Assembly (NCBI GenBank): GCA_014905635.1
Contig: JABVCE010000029.1
Coordinates: 310,001 to 374,000, forward strand
DNA: 64,000 nucleotides
Direction of reading: 5' to 3'
Source: Scenedesmus sp. PABB004
Taxonomy: Eukaryota
How positions within the stretch are numbered: the stretch's first letter is position 1; every line of letters starts with the position of its first letter. The notes under the pieces were generated by a model. It saw only the letters and a program-made list of their open reading frames with translations, was not told the DNA's origin and made no database searches. Of the stretch, positions 12,591 through 23,216 are shown one piece after another. The position numbers and the translations under genes are program-made.

Positions 12591-14726
12591 TCACGCCGCG
12601 ACCGGCGCGGCCTCCTTCACGCTCAGCAGCTCGCTCAGCTGGCTCATGTAGTAGTCTGGGTGCACCTTGTTGTCGGGGCTGAGCAGCGTCTCCTCGTCCG
12701 TCACGCCTGCGAGTGGCGCGTGCGCGTGTGGCGCCCATCCGCGCGCCGCCGCCCGCGCCGCACCCCGCCGCCGCGCACCCGCCGCGCGCCGCCGCTGCAC
12801 GCGCGCGCTTACCCGAGAGCACGAGGCAGGTCGTGAGGCCGCCGTTCTTGCCAAACATGATGTCGGTGTCGAGGCGGTCGCCGACCATGCAGATCTGGCG
12901 CCGCTCGAGGCCAAACGCTGTCGCGATGTTCTCCAGCATGAACTCCGCCGGCTTGCCGACCGTGATCGGCTCGCGCTGCGTCGACCCCGCAATCGCGCCG
13001 ACCATCGCGCCGTTGCCCGCCCACTCCTGGCGGCGTCGGGGCGGGGCGTCGCGGGCGGGCGGGCGTCGGCGCGAGGCGCACGCGCGCGGGGCGCGGCGTC
13101 TGCCTGCCCCCCCAGCAGCGCCGCGCGGCGCGCCTGCGCGTCCGTTAGGTGCGTGACGGCGTCGCGGTTGGTCGCGATGAAGAGGCAGCCGGGGTTCTCG
13201 CGGATGCAGAGCGTCGCGTACTGCAGCTTGTAGTAGTTGATGTGGCGATCAAACCCAACCACAACCGCGCCAACCTGACGCGGGGCAAGGCGGGGCAGGG
13301 CGGGGCGGGGCCGGGGCGCGCGGCGCGTCAGCGGCTGCGGCGGCTGCGGCGGTGGGCGCGGGTGCGGCGGCTGCGGCGGGTGTGGCGGGCGCGGGCGCTG
13401 CCGCGGCCCGTCCTCCGTCGTCTCACGTCCTCGTCGTGCGTCATGTACTCCCCCGGCTTGAGCGTGACCGTCTTGGCCGCGTCGTCGGGGCCGCCCAGGT
13501 GCTGGATGCCCTTGAGGTCGAGCTCCTCCAGGATGCCCGCCTCGCCGATGACATACACCTGCGCGCGTGCGCGCGTGCGGCGACGGCAGCGACGGTGGCG
13601 GCGCGGCGGCGCGCGAGTCTGCGAGTCCTGGCCGCCGGCTGCCCGCTGGCGGCTCGCCGCCGCCGGCTGGCCGCCGGCTGCGGCGCGCTGGCGACGCCAC
13701 TGCCTGCCGCTGCCGCCGCGGCTGCGGCGGGTGCCCGCCTGTGTCTTGGCCGCCGCACCTTCTTCTTGAAGTCGATCGACTCCAGGTATGCCGCGGCGGC
13801 GTAGGAGGAGGAGTAGATCTCCTCCTGCAAGCAGCAGCAGCGGCGGCAGCGGCGGCGGCGGTGGACGCGGGTGTGAACGCGGGTCGGCCCCCCTGTGTGT
13901 GGCCGCACGGTGGCGGCGGCCCTCCGCGGGCCGGGCTGCGCGGGCGTGGATGACCGCGGCGCGGGGCGGCTCACCGCCTTGACGTTGAGGCCGAGCCCCG
14001 TGAACTTGCCGAGGTAGCCGGCGCGGCTCTTGGTGCTGTTGTTGGTCACAAACACGAGGCGCTTGCCCTGCGCGCGGCGCGGGCCGGGCGGGCTGGGCGG
14101 GAGGGGCGCCAGGGTGCGCCGCGCGGCCTTGCCTGCGGCGCTGCAAGCTCCTGCCCCTGCTGCTGCTCATCCTGCAGCCCTGCTCCCGTGCCGCCTGCTG
14201 CGGCGGCCGCCGCTGCCGCCGTCGCTGTCGCTGTTGCCGCGCACCATGCTGCGCAGCATGTCGAGCGTCTCCGGCACGCCGTCGATGACCGAGTCGCCGC
14301 GCCAGATGACGCCTGCGCGGTCGTGCCGCGCGGTCGTGCCGCGAGCTCCGGCGCCAGGGGCCGCGGAGCCGCGGCGGGGGCGGCAGGCGGCGCGCCGCGC
14401 GCGCGCAATTGCGGCGCCGGCGCGCGGCGCTGCTGCCGGCGGCGCGCGCACCGTCGCAGTCGAAGATGAAGCAGTCCACGCCGGCAATGAGCTTCATCTT
14501 GTCCTCGTCGCTCGCCCTGCGGGCTGCGGGGCGCGGAATGCCTCGGCATGCGCGCCTGCGGGCGCGGGCAGCACCCACCCGCGCCAGGGCCCCCGCGCTC
14601 ACGCTGGCTGGCGCCGTTTGCGCTGGCGCTGGCCGCCATCCTACGCGGCGCGCGTGGGATGCTGCGGGAGGGGGCGGCGCAGCTGCTGCGGGCCGCCTGA
14701 CTCCGCGCCAGGCCGCGCTGAAGCAT
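12591..14726 (-). CDS. PGP1: Phosphoglycolate phosphatase, HAD IIA, plastid-type
   Basis: FIFDCDG|VIWRG, FVTNNSTKSR, FIATNRD, VGKP, MVGDRLDTDIMFG. Transit peptide-like start. Confidence 0.92.
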
Positions 14727-15042
14727 CGATGCGGGCTGCTTCACCGGCGCGGGCTAGTGTGGGCACGGCGAGCGGCGTGGTGGACCTGGGCGACAAGCGG
14801 CGAGCTGTGGGCGGGCGCTGGCGGGCCGGCGCGGCCGGTGCAGCGCTGCGCGGCCGGTGCAGCGCTGCGCAGGTGTGGTATTTTCACCGCAGGCCGCGCC
14901 TGACAGAGCACGCGCGCGGGCCCCGCAGCCGCCCACCAGCTCGTCCGCCTAGGCAAAGCTCCACGCGCGCCCGCTACGGCCGCCGGCCCGCCGCCGCGCC
15001 GCACACTGGTCGCCGCGCGAGCGGGGCGACGCTGGCCGCCGC

Positions 15043-15811
15043 TCACGCGCCGCCGCCGCGCAGCAGGCCCGGGCGCAGTAGGTTGTTGCGGCTCTTGATC
15101 ACGCCCGCGCCCGTGGCGGTGCTGGCGAGGCAGAAGAGGCCCAGGTAGGGGCTCGCAGCGCCGGGCGGCGCCAGCAGGCGGTCGGGCAGCTCGAGCCGGC
15201 CCACCGCCAGCGCGTCGACGCCCTCCAGCGCGCCGCCGTCGCCCGCGACGTCGGTGAGCAGGTACAGCAGCCGCCGCGGCGCGTCGACGCCGCGCACGAG
15301 GCCGAGGCCGAGGCACTCCTGCAGCGCCGGCGGCGCCGCCGGCGGGGCGCCGCCGCCGCCACTACACTGCTCGCCGCCGCCGCCGCCGCGCACGAGGCCG
15401 ACGACCGCGCCGTTCAGCGCGCGTGGCAGCTCGCCCGGCGCGACCTGCGCGTGCAGCAGCTCCACGCGGACGTCACTGAAGGGCACCACGAGCGGCACCG
15501 CCGCGGCGAGGCCCGCCGCGGCGTCGGCAAACTCGTCGCCCGGCTCGCCACCCGCGGCGGCTGCGCCTGCGCCTGCGGCGCTGCCGCCGCCGCCGCCGCC
15601 GCCGTCCGGCCGCCGCTGCTGCGGCGACTGCGGCTGCGGCGGCTGCTGCGGCTGCTGCTGCTGGTCCAGGGCGACCACGCGCTGCGCCCAGGCGAGCCAG
15701 GACAGCGCGCGGCTGTCCACGGCCGACAGCCCGCGGCCGGGCTTGCTGCTGCCCCCGGCGGCGGTGGCAGTGTCGCCCGACTGCCCGCTGAAGCAGGAGG
15801 CGGTGGGCGCG

Positions 15812-15843
<32 letters not shown>

Positions 15844-17416
15844 TGCCGCGTCAGCCGCGACGCTGGGCAGCTGCAGCAGCACCGGCTCCGCGGCGCCGCC
15901 GGCCGCTGCGTCGGCCCACCAGCAGCCTGGCGGCAGGTTCTTCTTGCTGTTGCTGCTGCGCATGTCGACCACTGCAAGGGAGGGAGGGAGGCAGGCGCGG
16001 CCGCCGCCGTGAGCGCCGGATGTGCTGCGCGCGCGCCGCCCCGGCCGCCGTCCGGCGCGCGCGGCCGCCGCGCACCGTGCGTCGGCGCCGCGCAGCGCAG
16101 CGCCTCGCCCAGCAGCTCCAGGCCGAGGCCCGTGATCCAGCCGGGCGTGTTGACGACCAGCGGCGGCGCCGGCTGCCCGGCCGCCGCCGCGCCGGCCGCG
16201 AGCTCGTAGTAGCGCGCCACGAGCGCCTGCACGCACTGCAGGTAGCGCCCGGGGTCGGACTGCGACGACACGTCGCCCTGCGGCGCGACCGGGCAGAGAG
16301 GCACAGGGTGGGCGGAGCGGCGCAGGTCACGCTGCGCGGCGGCCGTCGCGGGGCGGCCCAGGGCCGGCTGCAGGCTCGTGCGCACAGACGGCGCGCCTGG
16401 AAGTACGCGAGCAGCGGCCGCCGCTGCTGCAGGTGCGCCGGGCCGAAGAGCGGCTGCTGCAGCACGTGCAGCGAGAGCAGGCCCTGCGGCGCGGCGCGCG
16501 GGCGCGTCGGCCGGAGCCAGTCCGCGGGCGCGCTGCGCTGGCCGGCGGCGGCCGCGCCATGCCGTGCAGCGCGGCAGCGCACCGCTGGCGTGAGCTCCGG
16601 CTGCCCTGGGTCGAGGTCCAGGAACGCCACGCCGCCGCCGCCGGGGCGGGAGCTGAGCAGCGCATTCACCGCGAGCCGGCCAAACGCAGACTTGCCGGAG
16701 CCCTTGCACCCGACGACCGCAACGACGAGCGGGCGCGCGCCTGCGCCGGCCGCTGCGGCCGCCGCCGCCGCGAGGCCGTCGGCCGCCGCCGCCCACGCGG
16801 GCGGGACCTGCCACGCCGGCGGAGCGTCGGCGCTCGCCGCGTCCGCCAGCGCGTGGCCGCCGCCGCCGGAGCCGCCGTCGCACGTCGGCAGCGCGTGCAG
16901 CACCGCCTTGACCGGCGCGCTCGGCGGCGCGCACGGCGCCCGCGCCTCGCCCGACGCCGCCGCGAGCAGCAGGCCGCGCCCCAGCTTGGCGGGCGCGTGC
17001 AGCCGCACGGCGCCGCACTCCGGCGTGAGCAGCGCGCTGCGCGGCGGCGGCGTGTGGGCGGCGCGTGGGCGGCGGCCGGGGCGGTGCGGCGGGGCCCCGG
17101 GCCCGCGGCGCGGTCGCACCCGAAAACCTGCAGGCAGCCCGCCGTGACCTCCAGCACCACGCCGCCGGTCAGCACCACGCCCTGCGCGGCACGTCGCGCG
17201 CCAGGTCGGCCGCGGCCGCGGCGGCGGCAGCAGCGCCGGCGGCGGCCGCGGGCGCGCGCGGCCCGACCGCCGCGCCTGCCCCGGCGCCAGCTCCAGAGAC
17301 GTGAAGTCGGGCCCCTCCCGCACCACCACGCCCGCCGGCTGCTCGGGCGCCGTCTGCTCGGGCGCGGCCTTGCGGCGCTTGCCGCCCGGCCGCGCCTCGC
17401 CGCTCTTGCGCTTCAT
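15043..17416 (-). CDS. NOL9: Polynucleotide 5'-hydroxyl kinase NOL9/Grc3
   Basis: P-loop GCKGSGKS, FLDLDPGQPELT, LVVNTPGWITGLG, C-terminal CLGLGLVRGVD...LYLLT. NLS-like start MKRKS...KRRK. Confidence 0.85.
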
Positions 17417-17628
17417 GGCGTGCACTATCGCCTGGCGCGATCGACGGTGGCGCGCGCGGGGCTGCGGTCTCTGGTTTCCGGCTGGGGCGGCAGCGCGCAG
17501 CGCGGGGTCGGCGGCGCCGCGTGCGGTTTACGGGTGAGGCCCTGGAGCGCGCCGCAGGTCGCGCCGGCTGCCTGGCACGTCCTGGAGCTCCAGCACGCTG
17601 CCGACCAACCGCCAGGCCCGCGTTGAGC

Positions 17629-17633
17629 TTACA
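17629..17633 (-). promoter_or_regulatory. TGTAA chlorophyte polyadenylation signal
   Basis: TGTAA on the minus strand about 20 nt downstream of the stop at 17653. Confidence 0.6.
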
Positions 17634-17652
17634 GCGCCGCCGGCGCCGCGCC

Positions 17653-18739
17653 TCACAGCTCCACGATCATGGGGCGCTTGGCCTTGACCTTGCGCCGCTT
17701 GCCGCCCGCCGCAGGCGCCCGCTGCTGCTGCTGCGACGGCGGCGGCTGCCCGCCGCCAGCAGCCGCCCCGCCCGCCGCGCCGGCGCTGCTGCCGGCTGCG
17801 CCCTGCCGCGCACCGCCCGGCCGGCCGCCTGCTCGCTCGCCGGCCTCCTCCTCCTCCTCTTCGCTCTCGCCGCTGTTGCTGCTGCCGCTGTCGTCGTCGT
17901 TGCTGCTGCCGCTCGCATGGTGCGGCTCCACCGCCACGTCGCCGCCCGCCGCGATGGCGCGCTCCGCCGCCGCCAGCGCCGCGTCGTCGTGCAGGTCCAG
18001 CAGCCCGCACGCGAGGTCCTGCTCGCGCGGGCGCGGGCGCGGCGGGGGCGGCGGCGGCGGCGGCGCGGTCACGCGCACCCGCGGTCGGCGGCCGGCACAC
18101 GGCGACGCCCGCGCTGCCTCGCGCAGCCGCACGCCCGCGCCGGCGCACCATCTGGATGACCTGGCCCTCCCCGCCGCGCGGCAGGTGCTCGATGTCCAGC
18201 TCGGCCGGGTCGCACGACTGCGCCGCGGCGGCGGCGGGCGCCGACGGCGAGGCGCGCGCGGTGGGCAGCGGTGACGCGGTCGGCGGTGGGCGGCGGCGGC
18301 TGCAGCACCAGGTCCCCCGGCGGGCCCGGCGGGCGCGCGGGCGCCGCGGCGGCGGCCCGCACCTGCAGGCGCTGCTCCAGCGCCGCGTTGGCCTGCTGCA
18401 GCTGCGGCAGGAAGCTCTTCACCTTGGACAGCACTGCGCGGGCGGCAGGGCGCGTGACGCTGCAGCGTTCACGGCGCGCAGCGGCCCTCGCGGCGCGGCC
18501 GCGCGGCCGCACCAGAGCTGGGCGGCAGGGCCGCGATGTTGGGGCGGCCCTGCCCGCTCGGCCCGCCCACCAGCAGCGCCCGTTCTGCGCGTGGCGGTGC
18601 GCGAGAGTTGGACCGACGTGACGCGCGCCCGCCGGCAGCGGTGCGGCGCGCCCGCGCGGCGCCCGGCCCCGCGCCGCGAGCGCGCACCCAGCGGCGACAG
18701 CGCCGGCGGCTCCAGGCGCTCCCGCTGCTGCGCCGACAT
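17653..18739 (-). CDS. DUF4598 / NOPCHAP1 (C12orf45)-like protein
   Basis: Spliced: MSAQQRERLEPP...SVLSKVKSFLPQLQQANAAL...LDIEHL...VIQM|DLACGLLD..., acidic tract, ending KRPMIVEL*. Confidence 0.7.
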
Positions 18740-19318
18740 GGCGGGGGACTGTGGCAAGCGTGGGGCCGCCGCCGGCCGCGCGCCGCTGCCGCTGCCGCTG
18801 CCGCCGCTGCTGCCGCCGCTGCTGCTGCGTGCGCCGGGCTGCTGCTGCGAGCGTGCCGGTGCAAGCGTCGACAGGAGGTGTGCGGCTCAGACGGCGGCAG
18901 CGGCGCAGCGGCCTAGGAGCGGCGGCGGCGGCGCGTGCCCGGGGCTCAGCGGCGGCCGGCGAGCGCCGGCGGTGCTCGGCTGCAACTGGCTTCTGCGGCA
19001 TGCGCTCCAAGTTCGCGCTGCTGCCGTCGGCACCGCCGTTCAGGGCAGCGCACTGCTGCGACCGAAGCGTCGCGGTCCAGGCGCGCGCGGTGCCGCGAAA
19101 GCCCGCCCCGCCTCGCACGCGGCCCCCGCGGCCCCCGCAGTCCGCACCCCGCTCCAGCGTCGACTGGGCCGCGTCGTCGCCGCCAGAGCTCGCCGCCCCA
19201 CGCGCGCAGGCCCCGCCGGCGAGGCCATCACTCCCGCCACCGCGCCCGGCGCGCCCCCTGCCGACCTTGCGGCCCGCCCGGCGAGCGCGGAGGCGCGTGA
19301 TCGGCCCGATCCGGCGCC

Positions 19319-22300
19319 ATGGCGATGGGCATGCCCTACGGGCTGCAGGCCATGCTCAAGGAGGGGCACAAGCACTTCAGCGGCGTCGAGGAGGCCGTCG
19401 TGAAGAACATCGAGGCCTGCAAGGCCCTCGCGCAGATGACCAAGACCTCGCTGGGGCCCAACGGTGCGCCGCCGGCGCGGCGCGGGCGCGGCGCGCGCCG
19501 CGGCGCCCGCGAGCGGCGCAGCAGCGGCGGCGCGCCGCGCGCCGGGCGCCGCCGCGGCCCATGCGCGCGCGCGCCGCCGCGCGGGCCCGCGCCCCGATCA
19601 GCCTTGAGAGGCGCCGCCGGGCCGCGACCGTCGCCGGCGCGGCGCGGCGCGGCGCGGGCCGCCCGCCGCCGCCGCCGCGCCGCGGCGCTCGCCCAAACCG
19701 CTCGCCCCAACCGCTCGCCACGCAACGCCCGCCTCCTTCCCTGTCTATCCCAGGCATGAACAAGATGGTGATCAACCACCTTGAGAAGCTGTTTGTGACG
19801 AGCGACGCGAGCACGATCGTGACCGAGATGGATGTGTACCACCCCGCCGCCAAGCTGCTCGTCATGGCCGCCAAGGCCCAGGCGGGCGAGGTCGGGGACG
19901 GGACCAACCTGGTGCGCGGCTGCGGGGCGCGGCGCGGCGCGGGGAGGGAGGAGCGGGAGGGAGGGACGACGGGAGGGAGGGAGGAGCGGGCGGGGAGGGA
20001 GGAGCGGGAGGAGCGGGGGAGGGGGAGGATGAGAGGGAGGAGAGGCGCTGAGCGCGGCGGCGCGCGGCGGCGCCGCGCGCAGGTGCTCACGCTCGCGGGC
20101 GAGCTGCTGGGCAACGCGGAGGCGCTGCTGCGCGACGGGCTGCACACGTCGGAGATCGCGGACGGCTACCAGCGCGCCGCCGACAAGGTGCGGGGGGCGC
20201 GAGCGCGCGAGCGCGGGCGCTGCGCCGGCGGCGGCAGCGCGCGCGCTCGCGCCAGCCGCGCGCGGGTGCGGGGCGGCGGCGACGTCGGGCTGCGCGCCAG
20301 GCGACTGAGCGCGCCGCGCCGCCGCCGCTGCCGCCGCCGCCGCTGCGGCGACCGGCAGGCGCTGGAGGTGCTGGAGTCGCTGGTGCTGCCCGGCACTGAG
20401 ACGCTCGACGTCAAGGACAAGGCCGCGGTGCGGCGGCCGGCGGCAGGGTGGCCTGGGCCTGGGCCTCGGCCTCGGGGGCGGCGGCGGGCGCAGGCCGCGC
20501 CGCCGCTGCCCCACAACCCCACACCACACACACGCGCGCCTGACTGGCTCCGCCGCCCCGCCGCTCCCCCCCCCCCGCCGCTTCTGCTGCAGGTCGCAAC
20601 GCGGCTGCGCGGCGCGATCAGCAGCAAGCAGCTCGGCTACGAGGACCTGCTGGCGCCGCTGATCGCGGAGGCGTGCATCGACGTGGTGCCCAAGAACCCG
20701 GCCAACTTCAATGTCGACAACGTGCGCATCGTCAAGATCATGGGCGGCGGCCTGCCCGACAGCGCCGTGGTCAAGGGCATGCTGCTCAAGCGCGACGCCG
20801 AGGGGACCGTCAAGGCGGCGACCGACGCCAAGGTCGCCGTCTACGCCCAGGTGCGGCGGCGGCCGCGGCGGCGGCCTGGCCGGCCGGGCGTGCGCGCGGG
20901 GTGCTGGTGGCTGGGGCGCTCCGGGGCGAAAGAGGCTGCTCGGGCGTGGGGCGCCGGCGCGCGCGGGCGCCAGGGGCTGGGGAGGAGCAGGGCAGGGCCC
21001 TCGCGCCGGCCCTCCTCGCCCGCCCACGCCGCCGCCGCCGCGGCGCGCAGGGCGTGGACACGTCTGGCCCCGAGACGAAGGGCACGGTGCTCATCAAGTC
21101 GGCGCAGGAGCTGGAGAGCTACTCGCGGTGCGGCGGCGGCGCCGCGCCGCGCTGCGCTCCGTCCCTTTCTCCCTCTGCCCCCCTCCCTCCCTCCTTCCCT
21201 CCCTCTCGTCTCCCTCTCTCACGCCCACCCACCCACACGCACGCCCACCACACGCGCCCACCCTCCAGGTCGGAGGAGGACACGCTGGAGGGGTACATCA
21301 AGGCGGTGGCCGACGCGGGCGCGCGCGTGCTCGTGTCGGGCGGCGCGGTCGGCGAGATGGCGATGCACTTTGCCGAGAAGTATGGCCTGCTGGTGCTGCG
21401 CATCCCGAGCAAGTTTGACCTGCGCCGCTTCTGCCGCGCGACCGGCGCGGTCGCGCTCGTCAAGCTCCAGCCCCCGCAGCCCGACGAGCTCGGCTTCGCC
21501 AAGCAGGCGCGGCCGCGCGGCGGGGGGCTGAGGCTTGAGGCTGAGCGGGGCGCGGCGCGGGCTGGCTGGGCGGGCGCGCGGCGCGCGGGGCTGGGCTGGG
21601 TGCGCGGGGCGGTCGGCGCCGCAGCCCTGCGCTCCCTCGCGTGGACACGCGCTGGCCGCCAACCCCCGCCCCCCACACACACACACGCACGCACACCGCG
21701 CGCAGATTGAGGTGCAGGAGGTCGGCGGCGCCAACTGCGTCGTGCTGCGCCAGGACGCGGCGCTGGGCAGCGTGTCGACGATCGTGCTGCGCGGCGGGAC
21801 GGAGGGCTTCCTGGACGACGTGGAGCGCGCGGTCGACGACGGCATCAACGCTTACAAGGCGCGGCGGCGCCCCGGGGGGGAGGGTTTAGGGGGCGTGGGC
21901 GGCGTCGAGGAGGGGTGAGGAGGTCCCGAGCGGCGGGCCGCCGCCGACGCCCGCGCCCCGCGCCGCCGCTCCGCTCCGCGCCGCCGCAGGCGCTCTGCCG
22001 CGACGCGCGCTGCGTGCCCGCGGGCGGCGCGTCCGAGGTCGAGATGGCGCGCCAGGTGCGCGCGTCGCCGGCGCTGCCGCACGCCCGCGCGCCCGCGCCC
22101 CTGCGCGCACATCCAGCACCACTGACCACGCCTCTCAAACCTCCGCACACACTCCCCGCCTACCACCACACACACACACCCCCGCCCCGCCCCAACAGGT
22201 CGCCGAGTTTGGCAAGAAGGCCACTGGGCTGGACCAGTACGCCATCGCGCGCTACGCGGAGGCGCTCGAGGTCGTGCCGCGCACGATCGCGGAGAACAGC

Positions 22301-22941
22301 GGCCTCCAGGCGGGCGACGTGCTCGCGCGCCTCCACGCCGCGCACGCCGCGGGCCAGGTGCGCGTGTGCGCGCGTGCATGCGGCGGCGGCGCGGCCCTGG
22401 GGGCGCCGCGACGGCGGGGCGCCGCCGGTTGGGTGTCGCGCGCGCCGCCGCGTCGTCCGCGCCGCATCTCACGCCCGCCGCCGCGTGCTGCGCGCGCCGC
22501 CGCGCCACGTCGCGCCGCCAGGCCAACGCGGGCGTTGACATCGAGGGCGGCGCGCCGAAGGACCTGTCGGCGGAGGGCATCATGGACGTGTTTGCCGCCA
22601 AGTGGTGGGCGGTCAAGCTCGCGACGGACGCGGTCGTCACGGTGCTCAAGGTGCGCGGCGGCACGCGCGCAGCACGCACAGCACGCGGCGATGAGGGCAG
22701 GGGAGAGTTGGAGAGAGCTGGGGAGCAGCATGTGCGGGTGCTGCTGGGGCGGCGGCGGCGCGGAGCTCGGGGTCACGGGCGCTGGTGGGGGTGAGGGCGC
22801 GCTGGACCACGCCGCCGCTGCCACAGCAGCCGACCGTGCCGCCGCCGCCTCCCCCTTTCCTCCCCGCAGGTCGACCAGATCATCATGGCCAAGCAGGCCG
22901 GCGGGCCCAAGCCCCGCGGCGGCGACGGCGACGACGACTGA
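19319..22941 (+). CDS. CCT8: T-complex protein 1 subunit theta
   Basis: MLKEGHKHFSG, TSLGPNG|MNKMVINHLEKLFVT, GDGTN, FNVDNVR, SKFDLRRFC, DDVERAVDDG, VDQIIMAKQAGGP. Confidence 0.95.
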
Positions 22942-23216
22942 CTGAGCGCGCGGACGAGGCGTGCCGGGGGGGGGGGGGGGTTTGGGCGGCGCGCCCCGCG
23001 GCGCGGCGCGGGCGGGCGAGGGGCGGGCCGGGGCCGGGCGCAGCCGCCGCAGCCGGCGGCGGCGCGCCGGGCGGGCGGGGCGTGCGGCGCGCGCGCATGC
23101 TGGGACAGGCATGCGGCGCGCACGGCCGTTGTGCAGCGGTGTACAGGCAGCGCGCGGGGGGCGCGGGCGGCCGTAAGCGCAGGTCGTGCCGCAGAGCGGA
23201 GAGTGTGCGTTCGCGC

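Noticed and set aside
17417..17652. DUF4598-NOL9 as a bicistronic unit
   Set aside because: A TGTAA poly(A) signal follows the upstream stop.
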